A program made the position numbers and the translations under genes. A DNA stretch of 64,000 nt from Faecalibacillus sp. (lineage in GTDB: Bacteria > Bacillota_I > Bacilli_A > RFN20 > CAG-826): positions 51,515 through 115,514 of the forward strand of contig CAVAGP010000002.1 of NCBI GenBank assembly GCA_963588175.1. Direction: 5' to 3'. The notes beneath the pieces are model-generated. The model saw only the letters and a program-made list of their open reading frames with translations. It made no database searches and had not been told where the DNA came from. Position 1 is the stretch's first letter; the number at the start of each line of letters is the position of its first letter. Positions 42,777 to 51,724 of the stretch are shown piece after piece.

Positions 42777-42947
42777 TTAGAATGTAAGAGTACTAGTTAA
42801 GTAACAATCTGACGATTGTGAAAATTTAAGAGGCAGTGCCTCGTTATATATAAAGGTATACTTGCCATTACAAGAATGTAATAACTTATAACCTTCATGT
42901 TGTAATTTGGTTGCAACATCTGATTTAGATGTAACAATAAACCTCAT
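42777..42947 (-). CDS. 56-aa hypothetical ORF after portal
   Basis: MRFIVTSKSDVATKLQHEGYKLLHSCNGKYTFIYNEALPLKF... Only the non-overlapping end of ORF-track 42777..43223 is retained. SD is weak. Confidence 0.3.
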   Translation of the reverse strand: MRFIVTSKSDVATKLQHEGYKLLHSCNGKYTFIYNEALPLKFSQSSDCYLTSTLTF

Positions 42948-42951
42948 AGTG

Positions 42952-44424
42952 CTATCTGTCATTGCCATCATTCTCCTCAGTTGCCTCGCCGGATTCGTCC
43001 AATAAATCTTGTTTGGGTCGTCCCGGCGTACTCTCAGAATCAACTGAGCTGGATTGTGTATGAGACGACGATACTGGAACCATACGTTCTGGTAAATCCA
43101 TAGTCTGAGTTTCCAAAATCGACAACCCTTCAAAATCTGCTTGCGATATCCCAAACGCTGCGCCAGTTGCATACCGAAGCGGCAGACCATACTGACATGC
43201 TTGGAGCATCTGACTTTGAACACTCGATCTGTTATAAATAGTTGTATTCAAAAACGTCAGTTTGAAATGATATGTACCACTAAGCAGCTTTAATTTCTTA
43301 TTTATCCAACGTTCAATCTGCCGCAAAAAAGCATATACCATTGCAGCATCTGTTTCGATAGACAGATTTAAAGCGCCTGAAGATGTAATATTATCTTTGC
43401 CGAGTATCGCTGACGTGACACCAGTGCCACGCCAAAAAGCATTCTCGCTTTGCACAACAGAATCACTGTCTTGCGTAGAACCACTCTTGTCAAAATCAAA
43501 ATCCAATACATCCATCGGTCCCATGCCCAAACCGATTTGCTCAGGTAACTGAGCGCCGAGCTGTTCATAATAAGCACGAGACAACGGTTCTGGAATAGTC
43601 CATTCGCCATTCTCAAACGGAATCTTCAAATACAATAATTTATAATTGCCAGTCTCCGTTTTGGCTTTCATCAAATCTTTGTAATCTGCTATATCGTAAA
43701 TGTCCGGAAAGGTTCCTGCAAACGGAGGAATCGGAAAAGAAAGATCTTCATTTAATTTGAAGCAGACAGACTTCTTGGTATCAAGTTCTTGCCACTTCAT
43801 GTTTGCCGTATCTTTTTTATAAGCTTCATACTTCTTTTGAAATTCGGAAGGGAATAGAGGTAACAACTCTGACCGAGAAGTAAAATAAGAAAAATCAAAC
43901 TCGAATGTATAGATACCATCTTCAATGCCGCTCAAACGACAATAATCAGGATTGAGTTTTTCAATATAGTACGAGTCTTTTGTCTCGTGTTCATATCCAT
44001 AAAAGACATCCTCACGGAAGCACGTAACCATTACCTTCAGTAACTCATGTTTCAAATTCATAAGTTCTACTTGGTCACTGGCTTTTTTAAAAGCCGTTCG
44101 AAATGTCTTGTCGTTTACCTTTGTATTGTTATCAATCTTAACCGGAGCCAGATAATAATCCAGCGTAGACATCTTTGCAAAAAAGTTTATCAGTCTACGA
44201 TAATGATTACTGATATTATACAGATAAATAGAAGCATTACGAATACCCTTTTCATTACGGTCCGGATAATTCAGAAGATCAACAATCTCATCTTTTGTAT
44301 ATCGGACATAGGTATTGTAATAATTTCGGATTGAATGAGGTGGACGCAAATAACCCTTGGACAGTTTTGCAAATTTTTGCCACTGAGCAATTTGTTCTTC
44401 AGAGTATTTTTGTGTTTTTGACAC
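42952..44424 (-). CDS. Portal protein candidate
   Basis: About 490 aa, located between TerL and the scaffold. Start moved to GTG 44424 (AGGAGGT SD, 6-nt spacer). Acidic C-terminal tail. Confidence 0.6.
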   Translation of the reverse strand: MSKTQKYSEEQIAQWQKFAKLSKGYLRPPHSIRNYYNTYVRYTKDEIVDLLNYPDRNEKGIRNASIYLYNISNHYRRLINFFAKMSTLDYYLAPVKIDNNTKVNDKTFRTAFKKASDQVELMNLKHELLKVMVTCFREDVFYGYEHETKDSYYIEKLNPDYCRLSGIEDGIYTFEFDFSYFTSRSELLPLFPSEFQKKYEAYKKDTANMKWQELDTKKSVCFKLNEDLSFPIPPFAGTFPDIYDIADYKDLMKAKTETGNYKLLYLKIPFENGEWTIPEPLSRAYYEQLGAQLPEQIGLGMGPMDVLDFDFDKSGSTQDSDSVVQSENAFWRGTGVTSAILGKDNITSSGALNLSIETDAAMVYAFLRQIERWINKKLKLLSGTYHFKLTFLNTTIYNRSSVQSQMLQACQYGLPLRYATGAAFGISQADFEGLSILETQTMDLPERMVPVSSSHTQSSSVDSESTPGRPKQDLLDESGEATEENDGNDR

Positions 44425-44447
44425 GTATTCACCTCCTAAATTTACCA

Positions 44448-44476
44448 TTGACATTTCCTTTAGACTGTGATATTAT
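44448..44476 (+). promoter_or_regulatory. Consensus promoter firing antisense into the terL-portal intergenic region
   Basis: TTGACA (44448..44453), 17 nt, TATTAT (44471..44476). Confidence 0.55.
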
Positions 44477-44591
44477 AACAAATGTCGAAGCGAATACACG
44501 TAATGTGTCATCGTTCGTGTATTCGCCCTTGATACTTCCTCGTTAATTCGAGCGTGGAAGTTCGCCCCCGGACTTAATGGAGGTGATAGTA

Positions 44592-44663
44592 ATGGTTAGA
44601 ATTAAGACTTCGGTCAAGATCAAGACCACTACTCGTGTACGAGTTAGTATACGGCATCGCTAA
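44592..44663 (+). CDS. 23-aa highly basic peptide ORF on the antisense transcript
   Basis: GGAGGTG SD, 6 nt, then ATG. MVRIKTSVKIKTTTRVRVSIRHR. Translation is unproven. Confidence 0.3.
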   Translation: MVRIKTSVKIKTTTRVRVSIRHR

Positions 44664-44676
44664 TAAGTGATGACAA

Positions 44677-44711
44677 CCCCGAAGCTACGCACAGCTTCGG
44701 GGTTTATTTTT
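44677..44711 (+). terminator. Intrinsic terminator (plus strand)
   Basis: CCCCGAAGCU-acgcac-AGCUUCGGGG followed by UUUAUUUUU. It abuts the terL stop codon. Confidence 0.7.
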
Positions 44712-46680
44712 ACCTTTTTCGTAATACCGGCTGTCGGAATGGCATCTTGAAATTACTATAGTCTATCTCCGGCTTACGGCGAACTACTTGCCCGCGACGG
44801 AGAGAAGCGAGATACCAACATAACAAACCAAATGCAAACACACGGTCATCGTGCATTTTGTTTCTCTTCTCCACTGGGAAGTCATAACGAACATTACCCT
44901 GAGAAGTAAATTTACACATAGTGATGATTTCTTTTTTCATTAATTCTATCTGTGAACATGCAACTAATTCTTGCGGTGACAGAGGAGTAACAATCTCTTT
45001 ACCTTCATCATCTACGTGCGTTAAATAGTCTCGACCCTCTGGATCAGCGGGGAAGGAGACCACACCTAACTTAATCATACGTTCAATTGCGTCAAAGATA
45101 GCGTTGCGATTACCCTTAGGGTCAACTAGGGTCACAATATCCAATGCGTCCGGATAAGACCGGACTGCCGACGCATATGCCTTATGAGATTTATCTATAA
45201 TGCCTTTATGCTGCTTGCCATGTGAATCTGTCCAAGACTCCAGCATGTAGTCAGCAACCGAACCAATAATTTGTCCGCCAGCACCAGCATCAAAAATGAC
45301 TTGTTTGATTTGCTCGTAGTCAAGGCGACCACTTTCTGAACCGTTATAAGCCAAAAGCAATTCTTTAAATTCTTTAACTTGCTCCGGGAATCTTTTTGGC
45401 GTGCGCTGCTTTGTGTTAATATCGACTAGTGATACAACATTAAGAATGCGCATATGCCACCCTAGGTTCTTTTCTTGTTTTGTTGCTGGGTCTACGATAA
45501 TCTTTTCATAGAATTCCGCAATTACAATAACCGAGTTATCGTTCAAGCGAGCAGAGTCCCACGCCATGACAATCAGACGATTGCCCGTATCGTTATTAAG
45601 TATAGGCGGTGTCACTTCAGTAAGATTCATGATGTCACGACGAGAAACAATCTGTCCTTGGAACGAGTCCGCACTAAATTTGTTATAGTATTCTCGCAGA
45701 GCCTTTTCCTTATCTTCTGACATAGCCTTTGCAATAACATCAGGACTGATAATGGAAGCATATTCCTCTCCGTCCATTTTTGCACCTAACAACATATCAG
45801 CATCGTAATTGACCGCAAAATAATTATTATCACCAATGAGCATTCGCTCGCTGATATTTCTAAATTTCTTATAAAATTCAGAAGATGTGTCGGATGCAGA
45901 AGAAGCATATAATAATTGCTTCGGAAATCCCCTTGGTTCAATACTCATATCTTTGTCGCCGCCAAGCACGAAGTTTTCATCTTGGTTGACAAAGGCTTCT
46001 GCCTGCACGAATAATTCACTAGAAAACCAACCTGCTTCATCAAATACTACTAAGTCTGCACGCTTGCCTTTGATGTTCGTCGGATCGGAATTCAAAGTAA
46101 AGACGGCAGCTTCGTTGAATAATTTAAATTCAAATGAACTAGGGTCATGTTTGAATCCCGTGGACATTGTATTAGGACGTTGCAATTCTGCTTCAAAAAT
46201 ATCATTAACGCCGCCAAACGAAGTGATTCGCCTTTGAACAATCTTTTCAATCTTTTCAAATGTTTCTTTTGCTTGGTTGCCCGTATTACCAAGGATATAT
46301 GTAACATGATAGGGGATAAGCAAAGACCGCAGCATAACGTAAATAGCGATCAGCGTAGACTTACCAGCGTTTCGACACTCCAGCCAAAGCACAAACTTTT
46401 TATCCCATGAGTTTATAGTTGCATATTTCTGCAAATCCAAAAGTTCGATTCCAAGAATATAAGCAGCAAAATCAACAGGGTTCTTACGGCCCCACTGTAA
46501 TATCTTACAGTATCGCGTAAACTCACGAATCTTTTTTGCGCTCAGTAACGGATAAGCTCGGTAAAGCAAATCAAGCAGATCTTCATCTTCAATATCGTAA
46601 GAGTCTATATCAACAGAAGCGATATCAAATTGCACTGTGTCAAAATACAGCTCACCGTCAAATGTAATTTTTTCACCCAA
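44710..46680 (-). CDS. terL: Terminase large subunit
   Basis: Walker A LECRNAGKST and Walker B ADLVVFDEAGW. The C-terminal RNaseH-like nuclease region has VMAWDSARLNDNSV...DDRVFAF. TTG start. Confidence 0.85.
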   Translation of the reverse strand: MGEKITFDGELYFDTVQFDIASVDIDSYDIEDEDLLDLLYRAYPLLSAKKIREFTRYCKILQWGRKNPVDFAAYILGIELLDLQKYATINSWDKKFVLWLECRNAGKSTLIAIYVMLRSLLIPYHVTYILGNTGNQAKETFEKIEKIVQRRITSFGGVNDIFEAELQRPNTMSTGFKHDPSSFEFKLFNEAAVFTLNSDPTNIKGKRADLVVFDEAGWFSSELFVQAEAFVNQDENFVLGGDKDMSIEPRGFPKQLLYASSASDTSSEFYKKFRNISERMLIGDNNYFAVNYDADMLLGAKMDGEEYASIISPDVIAKAMSEDKEKALREYYNKFSADSFQGQIVSRRDIMNLTEVTPPILNNDTGNRLIVMAWDSARLNDNSVIVIAEFYEKIIVDPATKQEKNLGWHMRILNVVSLVDINTKQRTPKRFPEQVKEFKELLLAYNGSESGRLDYEQIKQVIFDAGAGGQIIGSVADYMLESWTDSHGKQHKGIIDKSHKAYASAVRSYPDALDIVTLVDPKGNRNAIFDAIERMIKLGVVSFPADPEGRDYLTHVDDEGKEIVTPLSPQELVACSQIELMKKEIITMCKFTSQGNVRYDFPVEKRNKMHDDRVFAFGLLCWYLASLRRGQVVRRKPEIDYSNFKMPFRQPVLRKR

Positions 46681-46690
46681 TTACATCAAC

Positions 46691-47815
46691 TCATTTCTTC
46701 TGTTTCTGAATTTCCTTTAACTGAATTCTCAGTAAGCGATTCTCTTCCTCAAGTCCTTCGTTTTCATCTTGTAGCTTTGTTACGAATTCTCTCTGCTCTG
46801 CGCAGAGACGAGCATAATCGTCTCCGGTCAAATTCATCTCTTCAATAAGAGCATGAGCATTTAATTTTGAAATCTCTTTAAATGACTCAGCCATACGAAT
46901 ATCATGTATATTAACTTTAGATAGAGAGAACTTCTTCTCTAACATCTCTTTTTGTTTCTCGCTAAATGTATTTGCTCCTTGAGCAGAACGTGCTCCTGTC
47001 TTAGCGGCAAATCCATTTTCATTTGCTATTGTAGTCGCTGTGCGAGAAAGTTTCTCTTTCATGTTGGTAAGGTTTGTGACAAGCTGCATATCTGGAGAAG
47101 CTAGGTTTAATTGCATATCCAGATTCTTATCTATAATCTCAAGTTGTAAAAACGTCTTAACCATCATCAAAACGTTTTGTAATTTATGAGAGTCTTGTTC
47201 TACAGCATCCGTAAGATAACCAGCAAATGTGTTATACAAGAATCGGAGCTGTTCATCTGTATGGCCAGAATCGGCAAACGGATCATAACCCAAGCGAGAA
47301 ATTACGCTATCTCTATTTTTCTTATCCTCAATTGTCCATTTAGCTTCAGAATCATATTGTGGCAACTGAGTAGCATAATCAGCAGGAACAGCTTTTTGTA
47401 TATCAATATAATTATCAGCGAATGTCCGAGACTTGCGTTTCATATTAATGTATCGCAAATACTTGCCGATCTTCATGTTGTCACTATCAATTAGCGACTT
47501 AGCGTATTCCTTATCATAATAATAATTAAACTCTGCACAGAACTTAATAACAGCCTGCAAGTCGTCATTGCCGCACTCTGCGACATAATCATTAAAAATC
47601 TGCTCTGCACAAGTTTTGCAAACACAGAGATAGTCCTTTTGTCCTGAAAGAGAAACAGAGCCAGACTTCTTAAAAAACGCCGACTCAGGTGACTTCGGAA
47701 CAATACCACATCTTGTACATTTTACATGATTAGATGTCCAAACATAGTATTCTCCGTTCTTTTCGTTTTTCTCTGCTGCTTCACGTTTGGTTTTGTTTAA
47801 TTGAATAATATCCAT
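46691..47815 (-). CDS. Zinc-ribbon plus coiled-coil protein upstream of terL (possible small-terminase/packaging accessory)
   Basis: Start moved to ATG 47815. CTRCG...CVCKTC motif and a C-terminal leucine-zipper-like coil. Call is by position only. Confidence 0.3.
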   Translation of the reverse strand: MDIIQLNKTKREAAEKNEKNGEYYVWTSNHVKCTRCGIVPKSPESAFFKKSGSVSLSGQKDYLCVCKTCAEQIFNDYVAECGNDDLQAVIKFCAEFNYYYDKEYAKSLIDSDNMKIGKYLRYINMKRKSRTFADNYIDIQKAVPADYATQLPQYDSEAKWTIEDKKNRDSVISRLGYDPFADSGHTDEQLRFLYNTFAGYLTDAVEQDSHKLQNVLMMVKTFLQLEIIDKNLDMQLNLASPDMQLVTNLTNMKEKLSRTATTIANENGFAAKTGARSAQGANTFSEKQKEMLEKKFSLSKVNIHDIRMAESFKEISKLNAHALIEEMNLTGDDYARLCAEQREFVTKLQDENEGLEEENRLLRIQLKEIQKQKK

Positions 47816-47817
47816 AT

Positions 47818-48780
47818 TTACAATCCGCACCGATCTTTTGCATCACGGATACTCTTTTTATCCGGCTGCAAGTAGTGCTTACGTGTCGTCTCCGTCGATT
47901 CATGGTTCAGCAATTCAGCAATCTCCTCAAGAGACATGCCTGCTTGTTTCAACAATTGAGAACCAGAATGTCTGAAGTCATGCGGATGCAAAGTCGGAAC
48001 GCCAATCATCTTGCCAATCTTTTTGGCCCATGCTGCCAACACTGCTGAATCGGCAGGCTTAATATCTCCAGTACGCTCTTTACCAAAGAAGATATATCCA
48101 CCGTCATCAATGTAATTCCATTCGCGGAATTGTTTGAGCTTAATCAGTTTTTCTCTAACTTCTTCAGAGAAGTATAAAGTTACAACCTTACCTTCTTTTT
48201 CAAGCACATCCGAAATAAATCTTTCACCAAGGTTTACTTGTTCCCATCTCAGGCGACCGATAGCAGAAACACGTGCCATAGTACTGAGAGACAGCAAAGC
48301 ATAAACCTCTAATGTTAAATTGCCAGACTCAGCAAGCTTGCGTTTCATCAAGTCAACTTGATCCATTGTTAAGAATGTCTGTTTAACTACATCATTATCT
48401 TTAATTGGACGGTCTATAAACTCCATGGGGTTCTCCGAGATCTTGCGCTTCTTCCGCAAAAACTTATAAAAAGCAGAAACAGAAGAATAACGACGACGCA
48501 TCCGTCGCGTATTATTACCGTTCATTTTACACCAAAAGAAAAAGTCAGTAAGATCATTCTCATCCAACTCTCTTACCGAACGATTATCCTGATTATCTAA
48601 GATATAAATGAACCATTGAAATAAGTCGCTCTGATAATTTGTAATGGTTCCTTGAGAAAGTTCACGCAGTGTCATATCTTTTTGATACATACGCCACAAA
48701 CGCATTGTTTCAGGATTGACTAATTCAATCTTATCTTTATCATACATTACGACGCGTTTGCTTCGTTTTGCATATGCCAT
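47818..48780 (-). CDS. Tyrosine recombinase (XerC/D / phage integrase family)
   Basis: N-terminal SAM-like domain. The catalytic region has ...ARVSAIGRLRW..., HPHDFRHSGSQLL and LNHESTETTRKHYL (R..HxxR..Y). Confidence 0.85.
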   Translation of the reverse strand: MAYAKRSKRVVMYDKDKIELVNPETMRLWRMYQKDMTLRELSQGTITNYQSDLFQWFIYILDNQDNRSVRELDENDLTDFFFWCKMNGNNTRRMRRRYSSVSAFYKFLRKKRKISENPMEFIDRPIKDNDVVKQTFLTMDQVDLMKRKLAESGNLTLEVYALLSLSTMARVSAIGRLRWEQVNLGERFISDVLEKEGKVVTLYFSEEVREKLIKLKQFREWNYIDDGGYIFFGKERTGDIKPADSAVLAAWAKKIGKMIGVPTLHPHDFRHSGSQLLKQAGMSLEEIAELLNHESTETTRKHYLQPDKKSIRDAKDRCGL

Positions 48781-49115
48781 TAGTCATCACCTTCCTCAAA
48801 GTCCACATCATTTTTTGTTTTATCAAATTTTGAAACAGGCTGACTTTCTACTGACTCTTTTAAATCTCCAATAGCAGTGATTCGTACTCGATACTTCGTC
48901 GGCATATATACATTTGCTTTTGCTGCAATGTTATATCTGCTACTACCTTTCTTAGCATAAACTTCAAATCGCGCAAAGTTAGGGAGCTTAACGGTTTTGC
49001 CTGCGTTCAGAGCATCAGCAATTTCTTTTTCGTACAACAAAACAAGTTCCTTGACGTACTTATCTGTGACGTTCAGGTCTTTTGCTATCTTATGTACAAT
49101 ATCCATTCGCGTCAT
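48780..49115 (-). CDS. HU/IHF-family DNA-binding protein
   Basis: MTRMDIVHKIAKDLNVTDKYVKELVLLYEKEIADALNAGKTVKLPNFARFEV... fits the HU fold pattern. Confidence 0.65.
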   Translation of the reverse strand: MTRMDIVHKIAKDLNVTDKYVKELVLLYEKEIADALNAGKTVKLPNFARFEVYAKKGSSRYNIAAKANVYMPTKYRVRITAIGDLKESVESQPVSKFDKTKNDVDFEEGDD

Positions 49116-49336
49116 GATATCCTCTCCTCCTTTCGAGGGATGATATCAATGTCGGCAGTCGTGAATTCAAAATGCGCGTTTGTTCCAGCAAAGTTCTCCA
49201 GCAACTGGTCAAGCATATATTGTCCATCTTCAGCGCGGATAGATATCCGTCCGTTGCCGTCAATAGAAATATATCCTTGTCCACTCAAGCAAGACAACTC
49301 TGAGAACGTCATCTGTATTTCAATCCATTCACGCAA
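49112..49336 (-). CDS. Hypothetical small protein
   Basis: 74-aa ORF in the packed array. A competing overlapping ORF at 49090..49284 was not preferred. Confidence 0.35.
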   Translation of the reverse strand: MREWIEIQMTFSELSCLSGQGYISIDGNGRISIRAEDGQYMLDQLLENFAGTNAHFEFTTADIDIIPRKEERIS

Positions 49337-49500
49337 TTCTTGTAAAAGAACTCATAATCATATCCGCGCATTTGTGCAACCAGCTTCAATGCATCGTAAT
49401 CATCATTGCAAACGTAGTGCTGCCTACGTGTCTGCACCAAACGCTGGTTCATGTTTTTCTTCAGAAGTGCCTTGACTTCTGGCTTTTCTAATTTAATCAA
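49309..49500 (-). CDS. Hypothetical small protein
   Basis: 63-aa ORF, the first gene after the terminator at 49586..49610. Confidence 0.35.
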   Translation of the reverse strand: MIKLEKPEVKALLKKNMNQRLVQTRRQHYVCNDDYDALKLVAQMRGYDYEFFYKNCVNGLKYR

Positions 49501-49585
49501 TCAATTCAATCCTTTAATATCTTCATGTTCAGCGGGATTTTAAAGCGGGACCCAAACCGCGAACACATATTTAGTATCCATATAA

Positions 49586-49610
49586 ATGAAAAAGACTGCC
49601 GAAGCAGCCC
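49586..49610 (-). terminator. Intrinsic terminator (minus strand)
   Basis: GGCUGC-uucg-GCAGUC followed by UUUUUCAUUU, just after the stop of 49617..50255. Confidence 0.55.
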
Positions 49611-49616
49611 TTTTCG

Positions 49617-50255
49617 TTATCTATTTTTGAAGCATTCGTCGTACAGCGTATCAATATCATTATCAATTAATTGATGTGATCCGCTATTATTAAACGGAAC
49701 CAACAATTTAATATTCGCAGACTTGCTCTTTACATTTCCATTCCACGATCGAGTTGTGTTCTCTTTTTTATATTCGGTGCGATCAATATAATCAAATACC
49801 TGCAACTCACGGAGATAAGATTCATATACGCGTGTTCTACTATATCCTAACCAGTGACATAACATTTCGATAGACATATCGAAACAATTGTCTTTATCAG
49901 CGGCTACCTTTGCGTAGCAAAGAATAGCTAAAGCTGTGCGACGAATGCGATCATTATCAAACCGAGAAGTAATCTCTTCAATATCACGTTCAGATATACG
50001 GACAGTTACATCTTCACGCAGTCTGCGTTTATCATTCTCGGCTTTGTAAATTAATTGGTTGACGTTAAGCTTTGTGACATTCAAATATAAATGCCGTTCC
50101 GTAGCCCATTCAAAAATATTTTTTCGCACTTGCAGCGGACTACATCCTTCTTGTAGCCAGTACTTAGCTAACAAATAGCAGTACCCATACATGCATTTTT
50201 TATACACCGGTTTATCACTTAACAGATCCTGAACCAATAACATTTCGTTGACCAA
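49617..50255 (-). CDS. Hypothetical protein (possible wHTH)
   Basis: 212-aa ORF immediately downstream of the polymerase gene. Confidence 0.45.
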   Translation of the reverse strand: MVNEMLLVQDLLSDKPVYKKCMYGYCYLLAKYWLQEGCSPLQVRKNIFEWATERHLYLNVTKLNVNQLIYKAENDKRRLREDVTVRISERDIEEITSRFDNDRIRRTALAILCYAKVAADKDNCFDMSIEMLCHWLGYSRTRVYESYLRELQVFDYIDRTEYKKENTTRSWNGNVKSKSANIKLLVPFNNSGSHQLIDNDIDTLYDECFKNR

Positions 50256-50257
50256 AC

Positions 50258-50882
50258 TTATATCTTCTCCAAACTATATTTATTTCCCAAGTATTCATAC
50301 TCGCCATTGGGATCTCTGATTGGCAGATATTGTTCAGTCTGCTTTAAGTTGGCGAGTATTCCTTCACCTCCGCAGACCCACATAAAGTTTTTGGTTTGCT
50401 TGGGGTATCTCTCATAACAGATCATCACACAGTAATTTGCCAGCTCACAAACGTCAGGGCAAATATCAAAACATGCAAGACGATATTTGTTGTGGAATGC
50501 TTGCCAATTAATATCAGCAGTATATGTTCCGTCTGAATTGTTTGCACTCTTAGTCAAAGACTTTCGATATGCTTTTATCAGACTATCAGCTTCTTCTCTA
50601 AACGCTATATACAACCTTTCTATTTCATCCATTTTGTTTTCGTCGATAGGGATATTCTTGTCAATCATGATTGTGTAATCAAACGACTTGTCTCGACGCT
50701 TGTATTTAAACTGATTATGCCAATGCTCTATATCCCAACACAGTTCGTTCATATTGCTATGTGTTTTAGATAATGTCTTCATGGTTGCATAATACGGAGA
50801 TGCATACTTCATGAAGTAGGGAAGAGGTTTGGCATATTTTGCAATATAACGAGGTATCTTATAAATTACTCCAGTTTTGGCG
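50258..50882 (-). CDS. RdRP/YonO-like RNA polymerase, exon 3
   Basis: The reading frame is open upstream of the ORF-track ATG (…AKTGVIYKIPRYIAKYAKPLPYFMKYASPYY…). It joins exon 2 as GCG AU|C GCC. Confidence 0.7.
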
Positions 50883-51162
50883 CTATCTCATCATTGGACT
50901 ATCTCTTCATCTCTAACGAGATGGGCGGCGCTACGGACGAATGACTTTCACATCGTCCTCTTATCCTTTCGGAAATTTAGTCTCTGCACCTTCAACAAAG
51001 CTTGGCACAGGATTGCATCATATAATAAATATACGTGTTTTCCTGTTAGCAGAGATCCTAACTACCATTATCCTGTAGTTCCTCAACGTGACCTCTACAC
51101 CTCTTTTGAGTTCACCGTCTTTTTCTCATCACTCGTCGCCGAGTGAGGCGACAGATTAGTCT
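50883..51162 (-). ncRNA. Group I intron (polymerase intron 2, 280 nt, no ORF)
   Basis: 5' splice site GCGAU|AGACUAAUCU. Guide GUCGC pairs with exon GCGAU (U.G). R box AGAGACUAAAUUUC and S box AAGAGAUAGUCCA (P7 is GACUA/UAGUC). Ends ...GAGAUAG|. Paralogous to intron 1. Confidence 0.75.
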
Positions 51163-51440
51163 ATCGCTTTGCCATTAATTACTGAGAGTAAATCTATATA
51201 AGATTCATATTTTTTTTGTTGTTCTGGTGTCTTCGGTCTTTTGTTATGATACGTAGTAGCACAATTGCTCGTTTCACCAATCAACGAATTCTCTCCTCGC
51301 AAAATTGCTTTTGCCTTGTTTTCTGGAATATCTTCTTCTTCAAGAACAGTAACTTTATCCTCTATGTCTATCACAATGGGTATATCTCTATGTACCCCTT
51401 GCATCATAGTTTTGTTATCCACTACCAAAACTAGGTCGCC
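51163..51440 (-). CDS. RdRP/YonO-like RNA polymerase, exon 2
   Basis: Begins GDLVLVVDNKTMMQG, completing the DFDGD motif. 278 nt. Confidence 0.75.
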
Positions 51441-51724
51441 CGTTATGGACTATCTCTTGCCCATGCCTTAAAAGGTTTAGGGTGTGGCACTACGGAGAGG
51501 GGAGTTGCACCCCACCCCTCTTATCATTATGAAATTTAGTCTCTAAAGGTTCTGAGTTAATATTTCAGTTTCCCACGGGATTCTCTTAGACAGCAGTATT
51601 CCCCGTTAGCTTGCCTTCTAGCTATCAGTTACTATAGCTCCTAAACGTAAGACAAACACCCTGCAATTACAGGTTCACCACGTAAGCGACATAGGTTTCC
51701 CTATGAAGTGACAGCGACCAGCGT
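51441..51724 (-). ncRNA. Group I intron (polymerase intron 1, 284 nt, no ORF) inserted in the DFD|GD catalytic motif
   Basis: Exon ends GAU UUU GAU|. The intron starts ACGCUGG... and ends ...CAUAACG|GGC GAC. It shares the blocks GAAAUUUAGUCUCU, CCUCUUAUC, GC(A/G)CUACGGA and GGACUAUCUCUU (plus-strand reading) with intron 2. Confidence 0.8.

Noticed and set aside
42948-43223. Upstream 92 codons of ORF 42777..43223, which overlap the portal gene out of frame.
   Set aside because: This part lies entirely inside the portal coding region. Only the last 56 codons after the portal stop were kept, at low confidence.
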